Under the pieces are notes generated by a model. That model was not told the DNA's origin and did no database searches. It was given only the letters and a program-made list of their open reading frames with translations. The position numbers were made by a program, and so were the translations under genes. Shown in pieces: positions 8,635 through 19,703 of a stretch of DNA of 64,000 bases; position 1 is the stretch's first letter, and each line of letters begins with the position of its first letter. The DNA comes from Cyanobacteria bacterium M_surface_10_m2_119 (GTDB taxonomy: Bacteria; Cyanobacteriota; Cyanobacteriia; PCC-6307; Cyanobiaceae), in the NCBI GenBank assembly GCA_016882525.1, contig VGPU01000001.1, positions 77,378 to 141,377 on the forward strand, in the 5' to 3' direction.

Positions 8635-11600
8635 TCAGGCACTGAAGTAGCGGGCCTTGCTGTGGAGCGCCACTAGGGCCGTGGTGCTCTGCTCGGGATG
8701 AAGCTGCTCGCTGTCATCCATGCTCAGCCCGATGCGCTCGGCGCCCAGCCAGGCCAGCTGCTGGCGGGAATCACCGACGTTGGGGCAGGCCGGGTAGCCG
8801 AAGGAGTACCGGCTGCCGCGGTAACGCTGGGCCAGCACGTCCCGCAGGGGCATGGTGGCGGGATCAGGGTGCCCGAGCTCCGCGCGGATGCGGGCGTGGG
8901 TCCACTCGGCCAGCGCCTCAGCCATCTGAACGGCCAGACCGTGGAAATAGAGGTAATCGGTGTACTGGTCAGCGGCGAAGAGCTGCTGGGCATAGCGGGA
9001 GGCCTGCTCCCCCATGGTCACTGCCTGCATGGGCAGGACATCCCCTGCGCAGGCCGATCCACCGGCGTCGACCTGGAGGTCGCGGTAGAAGTCGGCAATG
9101 CAATAGCGGTTGCCGGCCCGCTGGCGAGGAAGCAAGAACCGGCCCAGCTCGGGCCCCGCTGCCGCCGCTGGCGCACCCTGGGCCATGCCCTCGGGATCGA
9201 ACACCACGACGGCGTTCCCGACCCGTCCGCAGGGGAAATAGCCGTAGGCCACCCGGGGTTGGAGCAGTTGCTCCTGCAGGCAGCGCTCCATCCACTCCTG
9301 AAGCACAGGCTCGGCCTTCTCGACCAGCATGGCCTCGTAGTCGGAACGCGACTGCTGCTGGCCCTTGCGCAGCTGCCACTGGCCCGCGAACAGGGCATTG
9401 CGGTCGAGGTAAGCGAACACCTCAGCCAGGTCGATGTCGGCCTCCGTGAGCACCCGGCTCCCCCAGAACGGAGGCATCAGGACCGGCTCCTCTGGCACAG
9501 CCTCGGAGCGGCTGTCGTTCGGGCCAGGAGTGACGGCCTCTCCACCGGCATGGGCTGGAGTGTCAGCCGTGGGGGCTGCCTCCTCCTCCCGGGGGCTCGG
9601 ACCATCGTGATTCTCACCATCGCCTGGCTCGGCCAGCCCCAGTCCTTCGGGAGCACCTTTGAGGAAACCGCGCCCGTCATCCCAGGTACCGGCTGCTTTC
9701 GCCTCCATCAGGGCATCCATGAACCGCAGGTCGGCGAAGGCATCGCGCCCATAGATCACCTGGCCTTTGTAGGCGGCACGGCAATCCCCGTTCACGAAGC
9801 GAGGGGTGAGAGCTGCACCGCCGAGAATCACCGGTACGGCGATGCCGGCGTCATTAAAGGCCTCCAGGTTGTCCTTCATGAAGGCCGTGGACTTCACCAG
9901 CAGCCCGCTCATGGCGATGCAGTCGGCCTGGTGCTGCTGCTGAGCCTCGATGATCGCCTCGCAGCTCTGTTTGATGCCCAGGTTGATCACCTCATAGCCG
10001 TTGTTGGTGAGGATGATGTCAACCAGGTTCTTGCCGATGTCGTGCACATCGCCCTTCACCGTGGCGATCAGAAACTTGCCCTTGGCCGAGCTCTCGCCCT
10101 CCACTTTTTCCATGTGGGGCTCCAGATGGGCAACGGCGGTCTTCATCGTCTCGGCGCTCTGCAGAACGAAGGGCAGCTGCATCTGGCCACTGCCGAACAG
10201 TTCTCCCACCACCTTCATGCCATCGAGCAGGAAGGTGTTGATGATCTGCAGGGGGGGATAGCTCTGCAGCGCCTCATCGAGTGCGGGCTCAAGGCCGATG
10301 CGCTCGCCATCAATGATGTGCTGCTTGAGCCGTTCTTCGATCGGCAGATCGGCGAGGGATGGTCCCGAAGCGCGGGCTTCCTTGGCGCTGACCCCTTCAA
10401 ACAGGGTGGTGAGAGCAGTGAGTGGGTCGTAGGTGCAGATCGCCCCCGGTTGATCACTCTCAAAGCGGCGCCGGTCGTAGATCAGATCCAGACACACTTG
10501 CTGGTGCTCGTCGCTGATCTTGGCCAGCGGCAGGATCTTGGCCGGGCTCACAATGGCAGCATCCATGCCTGCCTGACAGCACTCATGCAGGAACACGGAG
10601 TTGAGCACAATCCGAGCGGCAGGGGAGAGGCCGAAGCTCACGTTGCTCACACCCAGCACCACATGCACGCCGGGTAGACGCTCACGGATCATGCGGATCG
10701 ACTCGACCGTGGCGGCGCCGTTGTTGCGATCCTCCTCGATGCCGGTGGAGATTGGTAGGGCGAGGGGGTCGTAGAAGAGCTCGTGGGCCGGAATCCCGAA
10801 TTCGAGGGCATCGCGGTAGGCCCGCTGGGCGATCTCGAATTTCTTCGCGGCCGTGCGGGCCATCCCCTCCTCATCAATGGTGCCGATCACCACGCCGGCG
10901 CCGTAATCCCTGGCCAGTTCCAGCACCTTGAAGAAGCGCTCAGGGCCATCCTCGTAGTTGGTGGAATTAAGCAGGCACTTGCCGCCTGCCACCTTGAGGC
11001 CGGCCTCCATTTTCTGCCACTCGGTGGAGTCGAGCATCAGCGGCAGGTTCACGTTGGTAACCAGACGGCTCACCAGCTCCCGCATGTCGCGCTCGCCATC
11101 GCGACCGACGTAGTCGACGTTGACGTCGAGCACGTGGGCGTTCTCCTTCACTTGGCCGCGGGCCACGGCCACCAGCCCGTCCCAGTCCTCCTCGGCCAGA
11201 AGCTCCCGCACCTTCTTGCTGCCGCTGGCATTGAGCCGCTCGCCGATAATCAGGAAGGAGTTGTCCTGCAGATAGGGAGTGGTGCCGTAGATCGAGGCAG
11301 CGGCAGGCTCCACCTGGAGCAGTGGACGCTCATGCTGGCTCTGGGGGGTCCGTACCGGACGCGATGCCGCCTTCAGGTCGCGCGCCAGTTCCACGAGCGC
11401 GCCGATATGGGCGGGCGTGGTGCCGCAGCAGCCGCCGATCACCTGCACCCCCAGGTCTTCGACGAAGTGCATCAGCTGCATCTTCATCTCCACCGGCGTC
11501 AGCCGGTAGTGGGCCACGCCGCCGATGTTCTCCGGCAGACCGGCGTTGGGGATGCAGCTCACCACGAACGGGCTGTGCTCGCTCAGGTAGCGGATGTGCT

Positions 11601-12354
11601 CCTTCATCTGCTCCGGCCCGGTGGCACAGTTCAGGCCGAGCACGTCGATCGGGAACGGTTCGAGGATCGCCACCACGGCGGCGATGTCGCTGCCCACCAG
11701 CATCGTGCCGGTGATCTCCATCGTCACGCTCACCATCAGGGGGCGGCGCTGGCCGGTCTTGGCGAAAGCCGCCTCAATTCCCTGCAGCGCCGCCTTGATC
11801 TGCAGCACGTCCTGGCAGGTCTCAACGATGAAGAGATCGACATCGCCGGCGATCAATCCCTCCGCCTGCTCGGCGAAGGAGGCCTTCATCGTGTCGAAAT
11901 CAATGTGGCCGAGGGAGGGCAGCTTGGTGGTGGGCCCCATCGAGCCGGCCACGAAGCGGGGCTTCTCGGGGGTGGAGTAGGCATCGGCCATCTCGCGGGC
12001 CAGCTCAGCGGCGCGCTTGTTGATGGCGAAGGCCTGGTCCTGCAGGTCGTATTCCGCCAGCACGATCGACGCCGCGCCGAAAGTGTCGGTCTCGATCACA
12101 TCAGCGCCCACCTCCAGGAACTGGCGGGCGACCTCCTGCACAGCATCGGGGCGCGTGAACACCAGGTTCTCGTTGCACCCCTCCAGGGCCGGGCCACCGA
12201 AATCCTCGGCGGTGAGGTTCATCTGCTGCAGCGAGGTGCCCGTGGCGCCATCGAAGACCAGCACCGGCCGCCCAGGGTTGTGCAGCCGCTCGAGAAAGCC
12301 GACCCGCTGGCTGGTCGCCAGCGCCTCTTGAACCCCGGAGCTTGCCACCACCAT
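8635..12354 (-). CDS. metH: Cobalamin-dependent methionine synthase
   Basis: 1239 aa. It contains the Hcy-binding, pterin-binding, B12-binding ([11 protein letters not shown]) and AdoMet-activation modules in the canonical order. Its start overlaps the ilvE stop by 1 nt (TGATG). Confidence 0.95.
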   Translation of the reverse strand: MVVASSGVQEALATSQRVGFLERLHNPGRPVLVFDGATGTSLQQMNLTAEDFGGPALEGCNENLVFTRPDAVQEVARQFLEVGADVIETDTFGAASIVLAEYDLQDQAFAINKRAAELAREMADAYSTPEKPRFVAGSMGPTTKLPSLGHIDFDTMKASFAEQAEGLIAGDVDLFIVETCQDVLQIKAALQGIEAAFAKTGQRRPLMVSVTMEITGTMLVGSDIAAVVAILEPFPIDVLGLNCATGPEQMKEHIRYLSEHSPFVVSCIPNAGLPENIGGVAHYRLTPVEMKMQLMHFVEDLGVQVIGGCCGTTPAHIGALVELARDLKAASRPVRTPQSQHERPLLQVEPAAASIYGTTPYLQDNSFLIIGERLNASGSKKVRELLAEEDWDGLVAVARGQVKENAHVLDVNVDYVGRDGERDMRELVSRLVTNVNLPLMLDSTEWQKMEAGLKVAGGKCLLNSTNYEDGPERFFKVLELARDYGAGVVIGTIDEEGMARTAAKKFEIAQRAYRDALEFGIPAHELFYDPLALPISTGIEEDRNNGAATVESIRMIRERLPGVHVVLGVSNVSFGLSPAARIVLNSVFLHECCQAGMDAAIVSPAKILPLAKISDEHQQVCLDLIYDRRRFESDQPGAICTYDPLTALTTLFEGVSAKEARASGPSLADLPIEERLKQHIIDGERIGLEPALDEALQSYPPLQIINTFLLDGMKVVGELFGSGQMQLPFVLQSAETMKTAVAHLEPHMEKVEGESSAKGKFLIATVKGDVHDIGKNLVDIILTNNGYEVINLGIKQSCEAIIEAQQQHQADCIAMSGLLVKSTAFMKDNLEAFNDAGIAVPVILGGAALTPRFVNGDCRAAYKGQVIYGRDAFADLRFMDALMEAKAAGTWDDGRGFLKGAPEGLGLAEPGDGENHDGPSPREEEAAPTADTPAHAGGEAVTPGPNDSRSEAVPEEPVLMPPFWGSRVLTEADIDLAEVFAYLDRNALFAGQWQLRKGQQQSRSDYEAMLVEKAEPVLQEWMERCLQEQLLQPRVAYGYFPCGRVGNAVVVFDPEGMAQGAPAAAAGPELGRFLLPRQRAGNRYCIADFYRDLQVDAGGSACAGDVLPMQAVTMGEQASRYAQQLFAADQYTDYLYFHGLAVQMAEALAEWTHARIRAELGHPDPATMPLRDVLAQRYRGSRYSFGYPACPNVGDSRQQLAWLGAERIGLSMDDSEQLHPEQSTTALVALHSKARYFSA

Positions 12355-13271
12355 CAGCCGTCGATGCGCACGCGTGTCACCCAGTGGTCATAGGCGGAAT
12401 CACGGCCCTCCGTGATCGCCGTCAGGCGCTCGCGGATCCGCTCCATCACAGGCCGCGCTGCGGGCAGATCGGTGCTCTCCACCCGACGCACCGGCGTCAC
12501 CTTGGCAGCGGTGCCGCTGAGGAACACCTCGTCGGCCACAAACAGCTCGCTCTTGTCGACCGCCCGCTCGATCACCTCGATGCCCATCGCCTTGGCCAGT
12601 TCGATCACGCTGGCGCGGGTGATGCCCTCGAGGATGTCCTGATCCACACCCGGGGTGATCAGCGCCCCATCCCGCACGATGAACAGGTTCATGCCGCTGG
12701 CCTCGCTCACCTTGCCGCGGCTGTTCAGGAGCAGGGCTTCATCGAAACCGCTCTTCACCGCCTCGGTCTTGGCCAGGGAGCTGGTGATGTAGGCGCCGCT
12801 GATCTTGCCGCGCAGGGGGAGGGAGCGGTCCTCCTGGCGGGTCCAGGAGCTGATGCGACAGCTCACCCCTTCGGGGGAGAGGTAGTCGCCCAGCTCGAGG
12901 CCGTAGATGAGAAAGTCGGTTTCGATGTTGTGCAGCCGCGGGGCAATTCCCAGGTCGCTGGTGTAGACGAAGGGCCGCAGGTACACCGGACAGGTCGGTT
13001 TGTTGGCCTTCAGGAAGGCGGCAATGGCGTCGTGGATCGTCGCCTCCGGCAGCTCGGTCAGCAGCAACCGCGCGCTCTGGCTCAGGCGGCGGGCGTGGCG
13101 ATCGGCCCGGAACAGCAGGATCTCGGCTGCATCACTGGGGTTGGGCAGGGCCCGCATGCCCCCGAAGGCGCCGGTGCCGTAGTGCAGAGCATGGGTGGCC
13201 ACGGACAGGGTGGCCTCCGCGAAGGGCACGCACTTGCCACCGAACCAGGCGTAGGGGAGGAACTGGTGCAT
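12354..13271 (-). CDS. ilvE: Branched-chain amino acid aminotransferase
   Basis: 305 aa. It shows class IV aminotransferase text throughout ([47 protein letters not shown]). Confidence 0.92.
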   Translation of the reverse strand: MHQFLPYAWFGGKCVPFAEATLSVATHALHYGTGAFGGMRALPNPSDAAEILLFRADRHARRLSQSARLLLTELPEATIHDAIAAFLKANKPTCPVYLRPFVYTSDLGIAPRLHNIETDFLIYGLELGDYLSPEGVSCRISSWTRQEDRSLPLRGKISGAYITSSLAKTEAVKSGFDEALLLNSRGKVSEASGMNLFIVRDGALITPGVDQDILEGITRASVIELAKAMGIEVIERAVDKSELFVADEVFLSGTAAKVTPVRRVESTDLPAARPVMERIRERLTAITEGRDSAYDHWVTRVRIDG

Positions 13272-13339
13272 GGCAGCGGGACGGGGGCGTGGCGCCGGAC
13301 GTGCCCCGATCTTCTCACTGCAGCCAGCAGGATGGGGGG

Positions 13340-16300
13340 ATGCACAGGCTGGCGGCGATCCCGGGAGCGGCGGACGAAGGTTCGGCCGCCTTCATCGAGC
13401 AGGCACCGGCCCCGGTGCTGCTCCTCACCAGCGCCGACACCGACCTGCTGGTGCTGGAGGCCCTGCTCGAGGCGGAACCCCAGCTGCTGGGTGCTGAACT
13501 GCGGGGATTGAACCTGGCAGCCCTCGCCCACCCGGCGGTGGTGGATCACTATCTGGCAACCACGGCCCAGACGGCGCAACTGGTTGTGGTCCGGCTGCTG
13601 GGCGGGCGGGGCCACTGGAGTTACGGCCTGGAACGCCTGTGCCATTGGGCTGATGCAGGGTCTGGCCGCCAGCTGTTGGTGCTGGCCGGCACGTCAGAGG
13701 AGGAACGAACGCTGGCGGAACTGGGTACGGGTGATCCGTTGCTTGCGGTGGGCCTGGCCCGCTGCCTGCGGGAGGGGGGACCGGCCAATGGCCGGATGGT
13801 GCTGGGGGCTCTGGGTGGCCTGCTCAGGGGGGAGTCAGTCGATCCCCCGGTGCCCCTGCCCCTCGCCGATCCCCTCCCCCACGACTGGCGCCGGGACGCC
13901 GGTGAGCGCATCGGCGTGATCGCCTATCGGGCCCTGTGGCAGGCAGGCGACCTGGCGCTGATGGAAGATCTGCTGGCCCGCCTGCGCGAGCGGGGGCTCT
14001 GCCCCCGGGCCCTGTGGGTGAGCAGCCTGCGCGAAGGCGCCGTGCAGCGCGGTGTGCAGCAGCTGTTGGCGCGGGAACGGGTGCAGGCGGTGCTGTGCTG
14101 CACCTCCTTCGCCTCCGTGCAGTTTGCGGAGGCGAGCCTGGGGGCGCCCCTCTGGGAGGCCCTCGATGTGCCGGTGCTGCAGCTCCTCAGCAGCAGCCAG
14201 CCCCGGCAGCGCTGGCAGGCCAGCAGCATCGGCCTCTCCCCCACCGACCTCACCTTGCAGGTGGCCCTGCCGGAGCTCGACGGCCGGATCACCACCCGGA
14301 TCGGCGCCTTCAAGGAGTGCGTGGGGGCAGGGGAGAACCTGGGGGCCGCCCTCCAGCGTTACCGCCCCGATGGCGAGCGGCTCGGGTGGGTGTGCGAGCT
14401 GGCTGCCAATTGGATCAGCCTGCGCCGCACTCCGGCCGCCGAGCGGCGGGTGGCCCTGGTTCTGGCCAATTACCCCACCCGCAACAGCCGGCTGGCCAAC
14501 GGGGTGGGGCTGGACACCCCCGCTTCGGCGGCAGCGATGCTGCAGTGGCTCCAGGTCGGGGGCTATGGCGTGGTCGGTCCCCTGCCGGCCGACGGCCAGG
14601 CCCTGATCGAGGCCTTGCTGGCCGGCCGCACCAACGATCCGGAGAGCGGCCACCGCGCCGCCCTCGACCACCTTCCCCTGGCCAGCTACCAGGCCTGGTA
14701 TCAGCAGCTGCCCGCAGAGGGTCGCGAGCGCCTGGAGGCGGTGTGGGGAGCACCGGAGCATGATGGCGGCCTCGAGACCCTGGCCGATGGCGGGCGGGGA
14801 TTTGCGGTGTTCGGCCTGTGCTTCGGCCATGTCTGCCTGCTGGTGCAGCCCGAGCGGGGCTACGACCGCGATCCGAGCCTCAGCTATCACTCGCCCGATC
14901 TGCCCCCCACCCACGCCTATCTGGCCCAGTACCTCTGGTTGCGCCAGCACTTCGGCGCCCAGGCCGTTGTGCATGTCGGCAAGCACGGAAATCTCGAGTG
15001 GCTGCCTGGCAAAGGGCTGGGGCTCTCCCCGGCCTGCTTCCCGGAGTGGGCCCTGGGCCCCATGCCACATCTTTACCCCTTCATCGTCAACGATCCGGGA
15101 GAGGGCTCCCAGGCGAAGCGCCGTAGCCAGGCCGTGATCCTCGACCACCTCCCCCCCCCCCCCCCCCCTGGGACGGGCCGGTCTGCACGGCGACCTGCAG
15201 CAGCTGGAGGCCCTCCTCGATGAGTACTGGGAGGCCTGCCAGGTGGGCAGCCATGAACGGGCCTCCCTGCTGCGTCGCCAGCTCGATCAGCGGCTGGCCG
15301 CCCTGGAGCTGCCCCATGGCAGCTCCGCTGATCTGGAGGCCCGGCTGGAGGCTGCTGATGGCTACCTCTGCGAGCTGAAGGAAGCCCAGATTCGGCTTGG
15401 GTTGCACCGTTATGGACAGCTGCCGGAGCCGGACGAGCTGGCGGAACTGCTGGCCTGCCTGGCGCGTGCTCCGCAGGCGGGCCTGCCCGGGCTCACCCAG
15501 GCCCTCGGCCGCGATCAAGGGCTGGAGCTCGACCCCTGGGCTGACCCGGAAGAACAACCCCTGAGCACGGCTGATCAGCAAGCTCTCGCACCCGCCCGGC
15601 GGGTGGGGGATGGCGTCGTGCAGCTTGAGCGCCAGGCGCTGGATCTCTGCCGTTGGGCCCTGGCGGGGGGGGGCGAGCAGCCGTCGGCTCCACCAATGGC
15701 AATTGGCCCCCACACGGCGCCGGTGCTGGAGCATCTGCAGCGGGTGCTGCTGCCACGGCTGCTGGCCTGCGGTGAGCAGGAGCAACTGGCCTTCCTGGCG
15801 GGTCTGGATGGCCGCCGGATTGCCGCCGGTCCCTCCGGGGCTCCCACCCGCGGCCGGCCCGATCTGCTGCCGACCGGTCGCAACTTCTACTCGGTGGACC
15901 TGCGTGGCCTGCCCACGGAAGCCGCCTGGGACCTCGGCCGCCGCAGCGCCGGGCTGCTGCTGGAGCTGCACCTGCTGGAGGAAGGGGAGCACCTGCAGAG
16001 CCTTGCCCTGTCGGTGTGGGGGACAAGCACGATGCGCAACGGTGGCGAGGACATCGCCCAGGCCCTGGCGCTCTTGGGGGTGCGGCCGGTGTGGGATGGC
16101 CCCACCCGCCGGCTGGTGGACCTGGAGGTGGTGCCTCTGCCGCTGCTGGGCCGGCCGCGGGTGGATGTGACCCTGCGCATCTCGGGGCTGTTCCGCGACG
16201 CCTTTCCCCAGCTGGTGGCCTGGATGAACCGGGCCACGGCTCTGGTGGCCGCCCTCGATGAGCCGGAGGCCGAGAACCCGCTGGCGGCAGCGGCCCGGCG

Positions 16301-17087
16301 CGAGGGCACGGCGGCCCGGGTGTACGGCTCGGCACCGGGGGCCTACGGCGCCGGTCTGCAGGGGTTGATCGACAGCGGCCACTGGGAAAACCGCGGCGAT
16401 CTGGGCGAGGCCTTCCTCAGCTGGAGCAGCTGGCGCTACGGCGCTGCCGAGGGCGCGAGCGAGACAGGGGGTGGCCTCGGCGGCGGCCCAGGGGGCGGCG
16501 CTATCGAGGCAATGGCCGATCGACAGGGTCTCGAGCAGCGGCTCCGCGCGGTGCAGGTGGTGCTGCACAACCAGGACAACCGCGAGCACGACCTGCTCGA
16601 TTCAGACGACTACTACCAGTTCCAGGGGGGGCTGAGCGCTGCCGCCGAAACCCTCCAGGGCCAGGCCCCGGCGGCCTGGTTCGGTGACCATTCCCGCGCC
16701 GCCCGGCCCCGGTTGCACCGGCTGGAGAAGGAGTTCGACAAGGTGCTGCGCTCCCGTCTGCTCAATCCCCGCTGGATCGAGGGCATGCGTCAGCACGGCT
16801 ACAAGGGGGGGTTCGAGATGGCCGCCAGCCTCGACTATCTGTTCGCCTACGACGCGAGCACGGGGCGCGTGCCCGACTGGAGCTACGGCGCCGTTGCCGA
16901 TCGCTGGCTGGGCGACCCTGCGGTGCGGGGATTTCTGGAGGGGGCCAATCCCTGGGCCCTGCGGGACATGGCTGAGCGCCTGCTCGAGGCCCACCATCGG
17001 GGCCTCTGGAGCAACGCCACTGAGCAGCAGTTGCAAGACCTGCGGCACCTGGTGCTCGAGGCAGAGGGGCTCGTCGAGCAGCGCTGA
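13340..17087 (+). pseudogene. cobN: Cobaltochelatase large subunit CobN, split into two frames by an 18-C homopolymer
   Basis: The N-terminal half is 13340..15223 (MHRLAAIPG... to ...QAVILDHLPPPPPPGTGRSARR*). The C-terminal half continues in another frame that is open from 15138 (...LGRAGLHGDLQQLEALLDEYWEACQVGSHERASLLRRQLDQ... to 17087). Together they give a full-length CobN of about 1250 aa. The family motif DHL-x-PP-L-x-RAGL spans the break. Confidence 0.9.
15151..15168. repeat. Poly-C (C18) homopolymer inside cobN
   Basis: A direct count gives cacct + 18 C + tggga. The count agrees with three track frames: + LDHLPPPPPPGTG, - SQGGGGGGGGRGS, and the GTG start of the - ORF at 15148. Confidence 0.95.
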
Positions 17088-17100
17088 GCCCCGGGGGACC

Positions 17101-17643
17101 TCAGCCGTTGAGGTCCTTCACCATCTGCTTGAAGGGGTCGATGGCGCCGGGCTTGGCCGTATTCAGTGCCGAGGTGGCAGGAGAGGCCTGCCCTTGGGCG
17201 GCACTCTGCTCATCCTTCTCCATCTTGATGGCCGCCGGCCCACCGGGCACGTTCACACCCACGGCCGAGCCCTTCTTGCGCTGGTCGAGTTCGGCCTGCG
17301 ACATGGGCTTGGCGAAGGTCTTCTTCACCGGCTTGGGCACCCCACCGGTGAGGCTCATCGACTCCTCGGACGCGGCGGCGCCAGGCAGGCCCTCGGAGAC
17401 CTTCTCCAGCTTGGCCTCCATCGAGGCCACCTCCGCCACCATCTCCTTGTTGCCGGGGTTGTCGGCGGTGCCGGGGAAGGTGCGGCGGATGGTGTTGGAA
17501 CGACGCATGAAGTTCACGTCGCCCAGGCTGCTGGCCTGATCGGCGTCGAGGAAGACCGTCTCAGCGGGTTTCTTGGCTTTCGGGCCGCTGGAGGCGCTGT
17601 TCGCGCCAGAGCCGGAAGAGAACAGGCGATCAAACAGACCCAT
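17101..17643 (-). CDS. Hypothetical protein, largely low-complexity, with an N-terminal MGLFDRLF motif
   Basis: The start is taken at the ATG of residue 10. The 180-aa protein is Ala/Gly/Ser/Lys-rich and has a conserved-looking block VFLDADQASSLGDVNFMRRSNTIRRTFPG. Its codon usage is genome-typical. Confidence 0.55.
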   Translation of the reverse strand: MGLFDRLFSSGSGANSASSGPKAKKPAETVFLDADQASSLGDVNFMRRSNTIRRTFPGTADNPGNKEMVAEVASMEAKLEKVSEGLPGAAASEESMSLTGGVPKPVKKTFAKPMSQAELDQRKKGSAVGVNVPGGPAAIKMEKDEQSAAQGQASPATSALNTAKPGAIDPFKQMVKDLNG

Positions 17644-17673
17644 CGACAGGCAAGGGGAAAGCGTCAGCAAACC

Positions 17674-18333
17674 CTAGCGGCCATGCAGCGCCAGACCATG
17701 GGTGTCCGTACCACAACTCTGCAAAAGGCCACGCCTGGTCAGATCGCGGGCGATCGCCTCGCACACCAGGGGCGTGGGCTGCCAGCGGGGCTGCATGGCG
17801 TAGTCGTACCAGGTTTCCGCCCCGTCAAAGCCCAGTTTTGCTGCCGCTGCGATCAGGCGCGGGAAGGGGAGCCGGTAGCGGGCGGGATGGGCCAGCAGGG
17901 CCAGGCCACCCGCCTGGCGGATGGCCTCAATCACGGCCTCGGCTCGCAGGGCCTCTCCCGCGACGCTGCTGCCCTGGAGATAGGGGAGGAGGCTTGGGTG
18001 CTCCTCGCGGAAGCCCAGGGCCAGCACGTGCACGAGGCAGCCCTCCAGGAGACAGCTGATCTCCACCCCGCGCCAGAGCATCGGAACGGCCAGCCCCCGC
18101 AGCTGGGCAGCACTGAGGGCGCTGGCGACCCGCTCACTGCCCGCGATGGCGTGGTGATCCGTGACCGCCAGGTGCTCCAATCCGAGGGCGATGGCCTGCT
18201 CGGCCAGGGCCTCCGGCTGGAGGCTGCCGTCACTGCAGACGGTGTGGCAGTGGAAGTTGAGGCGGCTGGGACAGCACTCTGGAGTGACGGTCGCCAACAC
18301 CGCCGCCAGGGGGTGGTCGCTGGCTGGGGCCAT
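17674..18333 (-). CDS. PHP-domain metal-dependent phosphoesterase (TrpH/YciV-like)
   Basis: It has LNFHCHTVCSDGSLQP, LAVTDHH and a C-terminal CGTDTHG. The start is taken at residue 21 (MAPASDH), just after the hemJ stop. It ends in a TAG stop. Confidence 0.75.
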   Translation of the reverse strand: MAPASDHPLAAVLATVTPECCPSRLNFHCHTVCSDGSLQPEALAEQAIALGLEHLAVTDHHAIAGSERVASALSAAQLRGLAVPMLWRGVEISCLLEGCLVHVLALGFREEHPSLLPYLQGSSVAGEALRAEAVIEAIRQAGGLALLAHPARYRLPFPRLIAAAAKLGFDGAETWYDYAMQPRWQPTPLVCEAIARDLTRRGLLQSCGTDTHGLALHGR

Positions 18334-18334
18334 C

Positions 18335-18931
18335 TCAGGTGTTGACAGCCGCCGCCGCCTCGCGTTCGGCCCGCAGTCGCCGCCAGCGGGCATAGAACTG
18401 GATCGAGGCCGCCATGAACACCACCAGGGCCACGATGAACCAGGTAGCGGCGCCGGTGGGGAACTGGTTCTTGAACACCACCAACATGACCACGATCACC
18501 AGCAGCAGGGTGGGCAGCTCGTTGAGGGCCCGCAGCTGGCGGCCGCTCCACTGGCAGGCCCCCTGGCTCAGCCGCCCCATCAGCCTGTAGCAGAAGGCGT
18601 GGTAGGCCAGCAGGGCCAGAACGAAGGCCAGCTTGGCGTGCATCCAGCCCTGCTGCAGCCAGGCGGTATTCACGCTGAGCAGACCCACCGCGCACACCAC
18701 CGTCACCACCATCCCGGGGGTGGTGATGATGTTCGCCAGCCGCCGCTCCATCAGCGCGTACTGGCCTTCAAAGGCCTCGCGCAGGGGGGACTCCAGCTCT
18801 GCCGCTTCGCGGTGGTAGATGAACAGGCGCACCAGGTAGAAGAGCCCGGCGAACCACACCACCACCCCCACGATGTGCAGGGTCTTGAACCAGAGATAGG
18901 CCTCCGGGGGCCACACCAGGGCGAGCTCCAT
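18335..18931 (-). CDS. hemJ: Protoporphyrinogen IX oxidase HemJ (slr1790 family)
   Basis: It is a membrane protein with the family-typical text YLWFKTLHIVGVVVWFAGLFYLVRLFIYH and several further predicted TM segments. The start is taken at MELALV (residue 8). Confidence 0.75.
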   Translation of the reverse strand: MELALVWPPEAYLWFKTLHIVGVVVWFAGLFYLVRLFIYHREAAELESPLREAFEGQYALMERRLANIITTPGMVVTVVCAVGLLSVNTAWLQQGWMHAKLAFVLALLAYHAFCYRLMGRLSQGACQWSGRQLRALNELPTLLLVIVVMLVVFKNQFPTGAATWFIVALVVFMAASIQFYARWRRLRAEREAAAAVNT

Positions 18932-18975
18932 TCCGTTGATGCGTCCGCTCAAGCGGGTCTTTCGCAGCGGCCAGG

Positions 18976-19674
18976 CTAGGGGGGGCCGAGTCGATCCACC
19001 CAGCGGGGGAGCACCTCGGGGCTGCCGTACCAGCGCTCGGCAAACCAGCCCCCGTGGCCCACCCCCTCCAGCACCAGCGGCTCAGCACCGTCCAGCAGGG
19101 CCGAGCTCACGGGCACCAGGCCATCGCCGCGGCTGGCGGGGTCGTTGTTGATCGCCCGGTAGGAGCGCTGCACGAGCGGCCGCACCCGCGGCCGCAGTTC
19201 GGCGGGCTCGATCGCCCCGGCCACCGCCAGATAGGCGAGCTCCCCGGCGTAGGGCGCCCCGGGATAGAGCGCCGCCACCTCCCGGCGCAGGGCCGTTCCC
19301 CGAACCGCCTGGTGTGGACTTCCCAGCGTGACGAGGCTCTGCACCCGGATGCGATCGGCGTACACCCGGCCTGCGAATGGGTGATCACCAAGCAGCAGCC
19401 GCAGCATCACCCCGCCGGAACTGTGGCCAACCAGGTTCACCCGGCCGACTGGAGACTCTGCTGCGAGGGCCAGCAGCAGGTCGTGGCTGCGATCGAGCAA
19501 CCGCCGCCAACCGGGGCGGCCGCCTGTGCGCAGCCACTCCAGGCGTGTCGTTGGCACCACCTGGACCGGTTGTCCCGTCTGGGCGGCAATGGCGGTCGCC
19601 ATCGGCCCGTAGGCCTCGGGCGTGATCAGAAAGCCACCAAGAATCAGCGTTGGCGCTGGGGGCAGGGCAGTCAC
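18976..19674 (-). CDS. Alpha/beta hydrolase fold protein
   Basis: The nucleophile elbow is VNLVGHSSGG, followed by downstream D and H candidates (GDGLVPV, GVGHGG). A GTG start at residue 148 of the track ORF avoids overlap with the rhomboid gene. It ends in a TAG stop. Confidence 0.65.
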   Translation of the reverse strand: MTALPPAPTLILGGFLITPEAYGPMATAIAAQTGQPVQVVPTTRLEWLRTGGRPGWRRLLDRSHDLLLALAAESPVGRVNLVGHSSGGVMLRLLLGDHPFAGRVYADRIRVQSLVTLGSPHQAVRGTALRREVAALYPGAPYAGELAYLAVAGAIEPAELRPRVRPLVQRSYRAINNDPASRGDGLVPVSSALLDGAEPLVLEGVGHGGWFAERWYGSPEVLPRWVDRLGPP

Positions 19675-19703
19675 GGGGAGGGCTTGCGGAACAGCGGGTG
19701 GGC

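Noticed and set aside
9470-9700. An acidic, Pro-rich insertion in MetH between the B12-binding and AdoMet-activation modules ([52 protein letters not shown]).
   Set aside because: It is an inter-domain linker of variable length in this family. It is in frame, low-complexity and carries no motif, so it is most likely a benign linker expansion.
8698-12393. Long plus-strand ORFs (8698..10677, 659 aa; 10783..12393, 536 aa) lie opposite metH.
   Set aside because: They are antisense shadows. metH on the minus strand is recognisable along its entire length. The plus-strand translations are Gly/Ala/Arg/His/Leu-rich with no family text. Stop-free antisense frames are expected at this GC content.
15087-16589. 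A 500-aa minus-strand ORF contains a poly-Gly run opposite the C18 tract.
   Set aside because: It is a shadow of cobN. It was useful only as an independent check of the homopolymer length.
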